Assembly (NCBI GenBank): GCA_045863395.1
Contig: BTVJ01000002.1
Location: 241,221 to 305,220 of the forward strand
Length of the DNA: 64,000 nucleotides
Direction: 5' to 3'
From: Myxococcales bacterium
Lineage (GTDB): Bacteria > Myxococcota_A > UBA9042 > JABWCM01 > BTVJ01
In this document: positions 50,816-59,745 of the stretch, one piece after another
Layout: each line of letters opens with the position of its first letter
Position numbering within the stretch: the first letter of the stretch is position 1
Made by a program: the position numbers and the translations under genes
The notes under the pieces: model-generated
What the model was told of the DNA's origin: nothing
The model's database searches: none
Seen by the model: the letters and a program-made list of their open reading frames with translations, nothing else

Positions 50816-51477
50816 GCGAGACCCTGGTCGACCGCACCCTGCGCGTCGCCTTCTCCAGCTTCTGGCTCTGCGGGTCCGGCCGTGGGGACGGCCCTGGCGC
50901 CGACGAGCTCCCCATCACCACCCGTGATGGGCTGCCCTTCGTGCCCGGAAAGACACTGCGCGGGGTGCTTCGGGACGCCTTCTCCCGGCTGGCAGGTCCG
51001 CAGTGCGACTCGGGCATTGGGGCGCAGGAACTGGTGAAGTGGTTTGGGTCGCCGCCCTGGGGCCCGGGAGCGCCGCCGGATGACGCGCACCGCGTGGAGC
51101 GCCTGGAGGCCGACCGGTATGCCACGACCCAGGGGCGGTTCGTCGTCGGGTCGGCCGTCCTCGGCCGCACCGAAGACGAGCGGGACCGGTGGCGCCGCTG
51201 GGCACAGCGCTCGAAGGACGCTGTGGCCCAAGCCTTCGTGGAGCTGTCGACCACGCGCATCAACGACGATGGAGTAGCCGACGACCAGACCCTGCGGACG
51301 GTGCGCGCCGTCATCCCCATGACGCTGTTTGCGGACGTCCGGCTCCCCGCGGAGGCCGCCGCGCCTCTCCGGGAAGCCGTGGTGGTCGCAAGCGCCATCG
51401 GGGTCGGCTCCGGCCGGCACCGGGGCTTCGGGCGCGTCTGCATCGACATCGAGCCGGCGGAGGGAGCCGATGCCTGA
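50812..51477 (+). CDS. cas7: Cas7-group RAMP (Csm3-like)
   Basis: GSG...AD.....DGLPFVPGKTLRGVLR; Gly-rich loop VGSGRHRGFG; ATGA coupling. Confidence 0.88.
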   Translation: MSETLVDRTLRVAFSSFWLCGSGRGDGPGADELPITTRDGLPFVPGKTLRGVLRDAFSRLAGPQCDSGIGAQELVKWFGSPPWGPGAPPDDAHRVERLEADRYATTQGRFVVGSAVLGRTEDERDRWRRWAQRSKDAVAQAFVELSTTRINDDGVADDQTLRTVRAVIPMTLFADVRLPAEAAAPLREAVVVASAIGVGSGRHRGFGRVCIDIEPAEGADA

Positions 51478-52960
51478 GCTCAACCTTTCACTCCGGCTTC
51501 TCACGGACGTGGCCTTCACCGCGGACAGCGCCACCATCGGGCGCCACGAGACCCTTCGGTACGTGCCGGGCGCTGCCCTGCTCGGGGCTGTGGCTGGGAT
51601 GCTGTACCGCGAGCTCTCGAGCGAGGACTCCTGGCGCATCTTCCATACCAGCGCGGTCCGCTTCGGCTGTGCGCGCCTGGCGGCGGGGGCGTTCTCCGCC
51701 GTCCCGCTTCCTCTCTCGCTGCACCGCCTGAAGGTGGACGCCGCGACGGGCCGTGCCCCCTCTTGGTGGGATCGGGACGACGGAGTGCAGCTCCTCGGTG
51801 AGGCCGCGCTCAACCTGGCGGTGGCACCGCGGGGCCCTGGCCTCAAGCAGCTCCGCTCCACGGAGTTTCTGGGGTCGGGTCTGGAGCGCCGGACGCCCCA
51901 GACGCACTTCAGCATGCGGACGGCCATCCACGAGGGGACGGGGCGTGCGCGAGACGGCTACCTGTTCTCGCTGGAGGCGCTGTGCGCGGGACAGGTCTTT
52001 CGGTGCGCGGTGCGCTGCGACCAGGAGCCGGACCGCAAGCTGCTGGAGCAGACGCTCCACGGGCGGCGCCTCCGCCTCGGACGCTCACGCTCCTCCGAGT
52101 TCGGGTCAGTGGAGGTCACCGTCGAGGAAGGAGAGCTCCGGCCGTGCCTCGATCCAGGGGACGGGGCGGCGACGACCGTCTCGGTGCTCCTGCTCTCGGA
52201 CATGATGCTCCGCGACGGCGCGGGCCAGGTGCGGACCGTGCCGGTCGCGGCGGACTTCGGGTTCCCCGGGGACTGGGCCCTTGCGGCCGACCGCACGTTC
52301 ATCCTCACGCGCAGATACTCGCCCTACAACGCCACGCGGAGGCGCCACGACGCCGAGCGCCACGTGCTGGCGATGGGCTCGGTGCTCACCTTTGCCGGGT
52401 CGTCGCCGTGGCCTCTGGAGCGTGTTCGCGCGGTGACGCGCGACGGCGTCGGGCTGCACCGCAACGAGGGGCTCGGCGAGGTGCTGGTGGCCCCTGCGAT
52501 GCTCGGAGTGGAACGGCCGGCGGTCCTGCGTGAGCGGCCGAAGGCGGAGACCGCGGACGCGGAGACTCTCGACGATTCACTCGCGCGCTGGCTGGAGGCA
52601 CGCGCCGCGGCAGAGGCGGACGCAGACCGCCGGACCACGGCACTGCTGGGGTACGCGAAGGCTCTGGGGCGCTTCATTGGGCGCTCCCAGTGGGGCCAGC
52701 TCCGCGCCTTTGCGGTGGGCGCGCTGCGGCACCCCACGACGGACGCCGAGCTGCGCCGGGCTCTGACGAACCACCTGACAGCAGACCAGGCGCAGCTCTC
52801 CCACCGGTGGGGGAGGCGCATCGAGCGCGGTGTGACCGTCGCCGATACCGTGGTCCGTGCGCTCGGCGCGGGTGTTCCACCAGGCGAGGGAAGCTCCGCC
52901 GAGGCGGCCGCCTGGCTGCTCGATCTGGCTACCCAGGCCATGCGGACCAAGGAGGCTTGA
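51470..52960 (+). CDS. Cas5-group RAMP (Csx10-like) with C-terminal Cas11-like helical domain
   Basis: TLRYVPGAALLG, RLGRSRSSEFG, GVGLHRNEGLGEV; helical C-terminus with RSQWGQLR. Confidence 0.8.
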   Translation: MPELNLSLRLLTDVAFTADSATIGRHETLRYVPGAALLGAVAGMLYRELSSEDSWRIFHTSAVRFGCARLAAGAFSAVPLPLSLHRLKVDAATGRAPSWWDRDDGVQLLGEAALNLAVAPRGPGLKQLRSTEFLGSGLERRTPQTHFSMRTAIHEGTGRARDGYLFSLEALCAGQVFRCAVRCDQEPDRKLLEQTLHGRRLRLGRSRSSEFGSVEVTVEEGELRPCLDPGDGAATTVSVLLLSDMMLRDGAGQVRTVPVAADFGFPGDWALAADRTFILTRRYSPYNATRRRHDAERHVLAMGSVLTFAGSSPWPLERVRAVTRDGVGLHRNEGLGEVLVAPAMLGVERPAVLRERPKAETADAETLDDSLARWLEARAAAEADADRRTTALLGYAKALGRFIGRSQWGQLRAFAVGALRHPTTDAELRRALTNHLTADQAQLSHRWGRRIERGVTVADTVVRALGAGVPPGEGSSAEAAAWLLDLATQAMRTKEA

Positions 52961-52963
52961 CCC

Positions 52964-54490
52964 ATGAAGGGGCTCCGCTTCGATCTCGCGCGCGTGACCA
53001 TCGAGTTCACCTCCCCGTTTCGCGTCTCCGGCCAGGAGCACCGGGGCTCCCCCTGGGACGCCGCCTTCTTCGTGGACGTGCACGGGGTCCCGCTGCTGCC
53101 GGCCACGTCCCTGGTCGGCGTGCTGCGGCACGCCTACGCCGCCTCCCTGGGGGAGCCCGCCGACTCGGGCCCCCGGGTCACGGCGCTCTTCGGCTTTCAG
53201 AGAGGGACCGACGGGCAGGACTCGCGGGTATCCGCCAGCTTCGGGCAGGCGGTCGGGCGAGACGGAGTAGCCTCTGGCCTGCCCGTGGGCCCTGGGGCGA
53301 GCGAAGAGCCGGATCCGGTCCTCGCGTTGCTTCGTGAGGGGGTGCTCCGGGACCACGTGGCCCTGTCTCACCGCGGCGTGGCAGACGACCGCAAGAAGTT
53401 CGACGAGCTGCTGGTGCCCGCAGGCGCCCGCTTCGTGTTCGACCTGAGGGTCGACGGCGACGGCGACGACCTCGACACGCTGCTCGACCTGCTTGCTGGC
53501 CCGGCCACGCGCCTCGGTGGAGCCACGCGGCGCGGCCTCGGGGAGTTCAAGGTGGTCGGCGTGAGGCGGCGACGCTTCGACCTCGCCAAGGCGGAGGATC
53601 GGGCTGCGGCCAGGGCCGTGCTGGGAGACCTCGCGGACGTCGTTGCCGTGAGTGTGCTCCCCGATGTGCCGCTCCCCGGCGCCGAGTCCGGCGGGTGGGT
53701 GACCCTCGATCTGCATCTGCGCGCCGAGGACTACTGGATGATCGGTGGCGGGCACCCCCATCGCGACGACCACCGCGCCAAGAAGCGAAAGGTGGAGCGC
53801 GGCGAAGAGCGCAAGGTGCGGACCGAGGACGCCTGGGTAGACCGGGTCCCCGTGTCCGAGCAGGAGATCGTGTGGGAGAAGCAGGGAAGCCGGGAGGTGC
53901 CGCGCGTGCTGGCCGCCAAAGACTCGCCGTACCTGTTGGCCGGGAGCAGCATCAAGGGGGCGCTGCGGCACCGCGCGACGTTCCACCATCGTCGCGCGAC
54001 CGGACAGGTGGTGGAGCTTCGCGACGACCTCCTCGCCGCCGTGCCGGCGAGTCTCAAGGAGAGCGCGGTCCGGCTGGCAGCGACGGACCCGATGGACGCC
54101 CTGTTCGGGTCGGTCAAGGCCCGGGTGGATGGCGAGGGGGCTCGGGGTCAGGCAGGGCTGGTGTTCATCGAGGACGTGCGCGTGTCGAACGCAAAGGTCG
54201 GGCGCCTCGACCACGTGAGCCTCGACCGCTTCACCATGGGCCCCATGGACGGCCTCCTGTTCAGCGAGGCTCCGCTCTACGGGGGCGAGGTCGAGGTGCG
54301 GATTCGCATCGCAGATCGCGACGACACTCCCCGGGTGGCCCGCCAGGCCCTCGAGGCGGCGCTCGATGACCTGTGCGCGGGACGCCTGGCCCTTGGCGCG
54401 CACGCGTCCCGTGGGCTGGGGTGCTTTCGGGGGCCCGCGGAGCTGCCGTGGAGCGACGGGGGGCGCTGGATCGCCGGAGGTGACGCATGA
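52964..54490 (+). CDS. Double Cas7 RAMP (Cas7-Cas7)
   Basis: Two RAMP units: PLLPATSLVGVLR...LGGATRRGLG and LAGSSIKGALRHR...LGAHASRGLG. Confidence 0.88.
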   Translation: MKGLRFDLARVTIEFTSPFRVSGQEHRGSPWDAAFFVDVHGVPLLPATSLVGVLRHAYAASLGEPADSGPRVTALFGFQRGTDGQDSRVSASFGQAVGRDGVASGLPVGPGASEEPDPVLALLREGVLRDHVALSHRGVADDRKKFDELLVPAGARFVFDLRVDGDGDDLDTLLDLLAGPATRLGGATRRGLGEFKVVGVRRRRFDLAKAEDRAAARAVLGDLADVVAVSVLPDVPLPGAESGGWVTLDLHLRAEDYWMIGGGHPHRDDHRAKKRKVERGEERKVRTEDAWVDRVPVSEQEIVWEKQGSREVPRVLAAKDSPYLLAGSSIKGALRHRATFHHRRATGQVVELRDDLLAAVPASLKESAVRLAATDPMDALFGSVKARVDGEGARGQAGLVFIEDVRVSNAKVGRLDHVSLDRFTMGPMDGLLFSEAPLYGGEVEVRIRIADRDDTPRVARQALEAALDDLCAGRLALGAHASRGLGCFRGPAELPWSDGGRWIAGGDA

Positions 54491-54945
54491 ACGCAGCCGA
54501 AGCCTTGGAGCTGCTCCCGAAGGAACTCCGAGAGGGCGCACGCGCGTGCTCGCTGGACGTGGAGACTGCAGGGGCCGTGGAGGTGGGCGCTGTGATTGCC
54601 GCCTTCCAGGGCCTCCGCGGGGTCGCGACCTGCACGGGCGAGGTCGTCGAGTTCCTTGCGGGGCTTCCGGGGCCGGATCGTCTGCTCTCGGCCGAGGGCG
54701 TGAGCCCCGACGGGAGCCGCAGCGCCAAGGTCTGGCACGACGGGGACTCCTATCACCTGGTCACGGTGCGGGAGGTGGATGGCCGCGACCACCTGCGCCG
54801 GGACGTGACGCACCCGGGGGTCCGTCGGGGACTCTCCCTCACCTACGCAGAGTATTGGGCCCCCACTCCCGAAGGTGACCCGCCCGTAGGTGTGTGGCGT
54901 CCCTTCGCCTCGCGCCTGGTCTCCGTACAGGAGGGCACCCCATGA
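54487..54945 (+). CDS. csx19: Csx19-like small subunit
   Basis: Position between the double Cas7 and the Cas7-insertion gene; C-terminal LTYAEYW...ASRL pattern. Confidence 0.65.
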   Translation: MNAAEALELLPKELREGARACSLDVETAGAVEVGAVIAAFQGLRGVATCTGEVVEFLAGLPGPDRLLSAEGVSPDGSRSAKVWHDGDSYHLVTVREVDGRDHLRRDVTHPGVRRGLSLTYAEYWAPTPEGDPPVGVWRPFASRLVSVQEGTP

Positions 54946-57362
54946 GCTTCGAGCACACCGCAGGGTACGGGTTCGTTCCCCTCTCTCACTTCGCGTTCTG
55001 TCCCTCGTGGGCGGCGGCGGTTTCGCAGGACATCCCCTTCGCGGACGGGCTCTCCGGCACCCTGGAGTTGGAGCTGAGCGCGCAGTCGCCGCTGTTCGTG
55101 CGGGCGGCGGGGACGGACGAGGACCCTTCCCGCCCCAGGGCCTTCCAGCTCCCGGGTGGTGGTTACGCCGTGCCTGGCGGTACGGTGCGCGGCATGCTCC
55201 GCTCCATCGTGGAGACCGCGGCCTTCGGGTATCTCTCGCGGGTCAACGACCACAAGTATGCCGTGCGGGATCTGCGCAACCGGACGCTCTACGGCGACCA
55301 CATGGCGGGCATCATGCCGCGCGTGAACGGGAAGCCCGAGCCCATGCCCAAGGTCGGGGCGGGGTGGCTCGTAAAAGACCGTGGCAACGCGGACAAGGCG
55401 TGGGTTCGTGGCGAATGTGAGCCAGGTGAGGTGGTCGCCCGCATTGAGCCTTGCAGCTTTGCCAAGGTGGAATATTCGTACCTGGTGCGCCTCGCAGAGC
55501 AGGTGAGGGGCCGCTTCGACCCCGGAGCTCGCCAGGGCGCCCCGCGGAAGTACGCTGCGTGGAGCGATCTTCGACTGTCTCTGACGCAGACCTTCAACGT
55601 GGAGCTGCTGCGCGACCATGGTCGCCTGAGCGGCGTCCTTGGGGCGGCTGCCAGGCAACGGCAGCTCGGCCACTACGGCCGCGTCTCGTCCATCCCGGGC
55701 AAGGAGCAGGGCACGTTGGTGTTCACGGGGCAGCCGTCGCCCTACCGTCCCAACGCCGGCCCGAAGCGCAAGGGGGCCGGGAACCCGAAGCACCACGACT
55801 TCATGTTCTGGGATCTCCCCGGTGCGTCGTCCATCCCCGTCTCGTGGAAGCAGTTCCAGGAGTTCGAGTTCATCCACAGCGACCGGGGCCAGCAGAACAA
55901 CCTGGGCCGCTCCGAGTCGCCCAATGACGAGTGGAAGCACTGGCTCAAAGAGAAGTGGGACAACGACGACGTGCCCCTCGGGGAGGAGCGCATCCCGGTC
56001 TTCTACCTCTTCGATGACCGGGCCCAGGTGCCCACTCTCCGCGCTTTCGGACTCGCCATGATGTTCCGGCTGGCCTACCGCAACTCGGTGCGGGACGCCA
56101 TCAAGTCCGTCCAGGGTGAGCATGTCTTCGAGCCCATCTCGGGAGAGCCCGGCCACGGTCGCCAGCCGGACTTCGCGGAGACCCTCTTCGGTTACGCGTC
56201 CGAGTCCCGCGCCAAGACCCAGACTGCGCAGGCACTGAAGGGCAGGGTCTCCGTCGGCACCTTCACCGCGGCTCCCGGCACGGTCAAGGTGCTGCCTCCG
56301 GTGACCGCCGTGCTCGCCGGCCCGAAGGCCAGCTACTATCCGAACTACATCGAGCAGAGCGAGCAGGGGCCACCCGGGGCGCCCCCGGCGCGGGGCATCT
56401 ACCGCACGTTCATGGACGACAAGCCGCAGGTCCGCGGTAGGAAGCGCTACCGCTCGACCACCGAGGTGCTCCGACCGCCGCTGCCACGGGGAGGGCAGGG
56501 GCAGGAGATCGACACCGGCCGCGTCGCGACGACGTTCTCCCCGCTCGCGCCAGGCGCCTGCTTCACGGGGCGCATCCGGGTCCACAACCTGCTCCCGGTG
56601 GAGCTGGGGGCGCTGCTCTGGGCCCTGGACTTCGGCGGCGACGCGACGTGCCTCCACAAGCTCGGCCTCGCCAAGGCCCTCGGCTACGGCCAGGTCAGGC
56701 TCGCGGTGCGGGGGGCGGAGCTCCTGGGACTGAGCGGCCCGGTGGACGCAACTGCGGTGATGGCGAATGCCCGCGCGTCTTTTGAGCGGCTCATGGAGGC
56801 GGCCTGTGCCCGGGGCGGCGTCCCAGGCGGCTGGGCGGGCTCGGCACAGATCGCGGAGCTGCGCGCCCTGGCGCGCCCCGTGGCGTCGGCGCAGGCCCGC
56901 ACGTTCTTGCTGAACAATGGCGACTCGGACCCGCGAATGCGCAACGAGTTCGAGCGCGCCAAGGCGGAGCGAACGGCGCTTCCTTCGGCTACGGACTGGT
57001 CCCGGCACCCGGGGGGGCCTCCACCCCTGACGAGAGTGCGTCAGGAGGCGGGCATCAAGACTACACCAGCGCAACAGTCTGTAGCGGAGCCTCCGCCAGC
57101 GCCTGTGTCCGATGACCGCAAGCCTGCCGTCCAGGTCACACAGGCGTCACTGCCAGCAGCACCCAACTTCGCGCGTGACCTGTTCAACCTCCAGCCCGGA
57201 ACGGCCGCGCAGCTCCTGCCCCGACTGATCGAGCGGTGGACTGGCACAGAGCACCAGCCGCGTTTACGCGACGCCCTTCGAGCCCACCCCAACTACCCTT
57301 GGCTCAAGAAGCAGCTCGACAAGCGCTGGGCACAGGGGCTGCGCGAACTGCTCGACCTCTGA
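54942..57362 (+). CDS. Cas7 with large insertion (type III-D), plus a C-terminal extension
   Basis: YGFVPL, SGTLEL...SPLFV, VPGGTVRGMLRS, DFAETLFG, KGRV, RGRKRY, HNL.P.ELGALL, KLGLAKALGYG. Confidence 0.9.
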   Translation: MSFEHTAGYGFVPLSHFAFCPSWAAAVSQDIPFADGLSGTLELELSAQSPLFVRAAGTDEDPSRPRAFQLPGGGYAVPGGTVRGMLRSIVETAAFGYLSRVNDHKYAVRDLRNRTLYGDHMAGIMPRVNGKPEPMPKVGAGWLVKDRGNADKAWVRGECEPGEVVARIEPCSFAKVEYSYLVRLAEQVRGRFDPGARQGAPRKYAAWSDLRLSLTQTFNVELLRDHGRLSGVLGAAARQRQLGHYGRVSSIPGKEQGTLVFTGQPSPYRPNAGPKRKGAGNPKHHDFMFWDLPGASSIPVSWKQFQEFEFIHSDRGQQNNLGRSESPNDEWKHWLKEKWDNDDVPLGEERIPVFYLFDDRAQVPTLRAFGLAMMFRLAYRNSVRDAIKSVQGEHVFEPISGEPGHGRQPDFAETLFGYASESRAKTQTAQALKGRVSVGTFTAAPGTVKVLPPVTAVLAGPKASYYPNYIEQSEQGPPGAPPARGIYRTFMDDKPQVRGRKRYRSTTEVLRPPLPRGGQGQEIDTGRVATTFSPLAPGACFTGRIRVHNLLPVELGALLWALDFGGDATCLHKLGLAKALGYGQVRLAVRGAELLGLSGPVDATAVMANARASFERLMEAACARGGVPGGWAGSAQIAELRALARPVASAQARTFLLNNGDSDPRMRNEFERAKAERTALPSATDWSRHPGGPPPLTRVRQEAGIKTTPAQQSVAEPPPAPVSDDRKPAVQVTQASLPAAPNFARDLFNLQPGTAAQLLPRLIERWTGTEHQPRLRDALRAHPNYPWLKKQLDKRWAQGLRELLDL

Positions 57363-57374
57363 CAGGAGAGACCG

Positions 57375-58757
57375 GTGCTCGACTCCATCTATATACGCAA
57401 CTTCAAGGCATTCAGCGGCGAGCACCCGTTCAAGCTCGCTCCCCTCACCTTCGTCGTAGGCGCCAACTCGACGGGAAAGTCGACGATCCTTCAGTCGCTG
57501 CTGGTCTTGCGCCAGAGCTGGCGTGAGTTTGACGACCTTCCTTTGGACCTACGCACCGAGGGCGCGCTCACCTCTCTCGGGCGACCTCGCAACGTCGTCA
57601 GTGGCCAACAACAGGACGTCCTGGAGCTGGGCTTCGGTATGCCAGGAGCGTCTGTAGTCTTCGGCTATGACTTCACCGGATCCAGCCTCGAGGCGCGCGG
57701 TCAGGCGCTTACGCACGTGCGTCTTGGCAAACCCACTGATGCCACATTCCTCCGCGCCGATGTCGATTGTGCTCAGGACGCGCAGTTCACGCTTTTGGTT
57801 CACGACGCGCGACGGGATGGTGCCCGAGAGATCACCCAGTCTGGGGCTGAAGATTCACGGCGGGTACTCCGCTACACCCTGAGCGAGGGGCAGTGGTCTA
57901 CCCCAGATCGCCACAATGCCAATCCACTGATTCGTGACGCTATCAAGCAGCACGTCGACAATGCGCGGCGAGCACTGAACGAGGTCCAGTATGTAGGACC
58001 GCTCCGTGCCACAGCGCAGCGACATTACTCCGTGCGCAAGCGCACGGGGCCCCGCGTCGGAGTCACGGGAGATCGGTTCGTCTCGTTGCTCCTTCACTCC
58101 CCAGAGGTTCTCAAGCGGGTGAACGACGCGCTGCGAGGCCTTGAGTTGCCCTACGTCGTCGACGTCTTGGACCTGGGAGGTACGGCTCCCTTGGGAGAAC
58201 TCCAGCTCAGGGTGCTCACGCCTGACTACCGCGAACGGTCAGAGCCTCTCGTTGTCGGTCTGCCGGACGTCGGCTGTGGGCTGAGCCAGCTCTTGCCAGT
58301 CCTCACACAGCTCGCAGCGGCGGAGGCTGATCGGGAGACGAAGGACAAGGCGTTTGGCCACACAGTCCTCCTTGAGCAGCCAGAGCTTCACCTTCACCCT
58401 CGGGCACAGGTACAGCTTGGATCGTTCTTCGCTGAACTCGTCTCACGGGACAGGCAGCGAGCCTCATACCCGGAGGAGGGTGCGGCGAACCGCGAGGATT
58501 CGAGCGGCCAGGACACTCGGACGATGGCGCTTCGGCGGAGGAACCAAATCATATGCGAGACCCACAGCGAGCACCTGATCAATCAGGTGCGTGGCGAGGT
58601 GGCCCACGGAAGGATCCAGGCTCGCGACGTTACATTTCTGAATGTCCATCAAAGGCACGGAGCACCTGAGGTCACTGAGATCCCTCTTAGTTCGACCGGA
58701 GAGTTCCAGGAAGTCTGGCCCGATGGTTTTTTTGCCACTTCAGGAAGGAGGACCTGA
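57375..58757 (+). CDS. ABC/AAA_21-type ATPase with DUF3696-like C-terminus
   Basis: IRNFKAF, Walker A GANSTGKS, DVGCGLSQLLP, LLEQPELHLHP, ETHSEH, terminal WPDGFF; AGGAGA RBS before GTG. Confidence 0.9.
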   Translation: MLDSIYIRNFKAFSGEHPFKLAPLTFVVGANSTGKSTILQSLLVLRQSWREFDDLPLDLRTEGALTSLGRPRNVVSGQQQDVLELGFGMPGASVVFGYDFTGSSLEARGQALTHVRLGKPTDATFLRADVDCAQDAQFTLLVHDARRDGAREITQSGAEDSRRVLRYTLSEGQWSTPDRHNANPLIRDAIKQHVDNARRALNEVQYVGPLRATAQRHYSVRKRTGPRVGVTGDRFVSLLLHSPEVLKRVNDALRGLELPYVVDVLDLGGTAPLGELQLRVLTPDYRERSEPLVVGLPDVGCGLSQLLPVLTQLAAAEADRETKDKAFGHTVLLEQPELHLHPRAQVQLGSFFAELVSRDRQRASYPEEGAANREDSSGQDTRTMALRRRNQIICETHSEHLINQVRGEVAHGRIQARDVTFLNVHQRHGAPEVTEIPLSSTGEFQEVWPDGFFATSGRRT

Positions 58758-58758
58758 G

Positions 58759-59745
58759 ATGCTCGTGCGACTGTGTGCCGAGCCCAAGGCCCTGATCGAC
58801 TTCCTTGGCATGGTCAGCCCACCCGATCTGCAGAGCGGGCTTGCGGACTGGGTTTTGAACCGAGCCCTATGGTGCTATGATGGATCGAACCCGCGCGTGC
58901 ACAAAGCGGCGTCAATTCGCACGGTTCTCGATGACCATCAGGGTAGCTATATAGACGCGATTCGAAGTCGCCTCGACGCTGAGCCGCTCCCCGCGGTACC
59001 TTCAGGAGAGCGCGTCCTGCAGACTCACCAGGAGGTCGCGTCGTGGTACAGGCACACCCTGCTACGAAGCCACACGGCTGCTGAGTACATCGACCCGTCT
59101 GAGGCCAGGCGGGATCTTTCCGACTTCGTAGAGCACTGCCCAGTTCGAACCATCACGGATCGGTACCTCTTCAAGAACAATCAGGTACCCGAGGCGATTC
59201 GTTGGCTCGCGATAGGCACCGGAACACAGTTGATCATACGGACGGCGTTGTGCGGAAACTGGCGGGAGCTTCGAGACTCTAAGCAGACGTCCAGGCTTCC
59301 GGCATTCGCCAAATCGGCGTGGGATGCTGCTGTACGGACCTTGACGGATTGCGTTGCTGGACGCGTTACCATCAGAATGGCACAGCTGCTGCGCTCCGAG
59401 TCCTTTCATGCGCGTACCCTTATGCTGGGCGTCCCTGAGAAGCCATGGCGCTATGCACTTTTCGTTGACCCCGGTTTTGATGCGCTGTTGCGATCTGGTG
59501 ACAAGCGCCATGCGAGGGTGGGTTGGGCGGTACCACGCGACGTCGTTCACACAACCGGAGACGGCGAACTCACACATGAACTTTGCATGAAGTGGGATGA
59601 GGGCGCGCCCGGTCCCATCGCCGCCGTCAGAGTCCGGCGAGACGGCCGATCTCACACCTACAACAGCGGGGATGTGGACGGCAACCTCTGGGTCCGCGCC
59701 GTCGAGGACATGCTCGGGACCCGCAAGCTGGAGAGGGAGTGGTGA
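58759..59745 (+). CDS. Hypothetical protein with PLD-like (MIT_C-type) motifs
   Basis: AGGAGG RBS; ITDRYL, FHARTLML and VDPGFD resemble the IxDPY / HDRxI / GxGLD pattern. Confidence 0.6.
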   Translation: MLVRLCAEPKALIDFLGMVSPPDLQSGLADWVLNRALWCYDGSNPRVHKAASIRTVLDDHQGSYIDAIRSRLDAEPLPAVPSGERVLQTHQEVASWYRHTLLRSHTAAEYIDPSEARRDLSDFVEHCPVRTITDRYLFKNNQVPEAIRWLAIGTGTQLIIRTALCGNWRELRDSKQTSRLPAFAKSAWDAAVRTLTDCVAGRVTIRMAQLLRSESFHARTLMLGVPEKPWRYALFVDPGFDALLRSGDKRHARVGWAVPRDVVHTTGDGELTHELCMKWDEGAPGPIAAVRVRRDGRSHTYNSGDVDGNLWVRAVEDMLGTRKLEREW

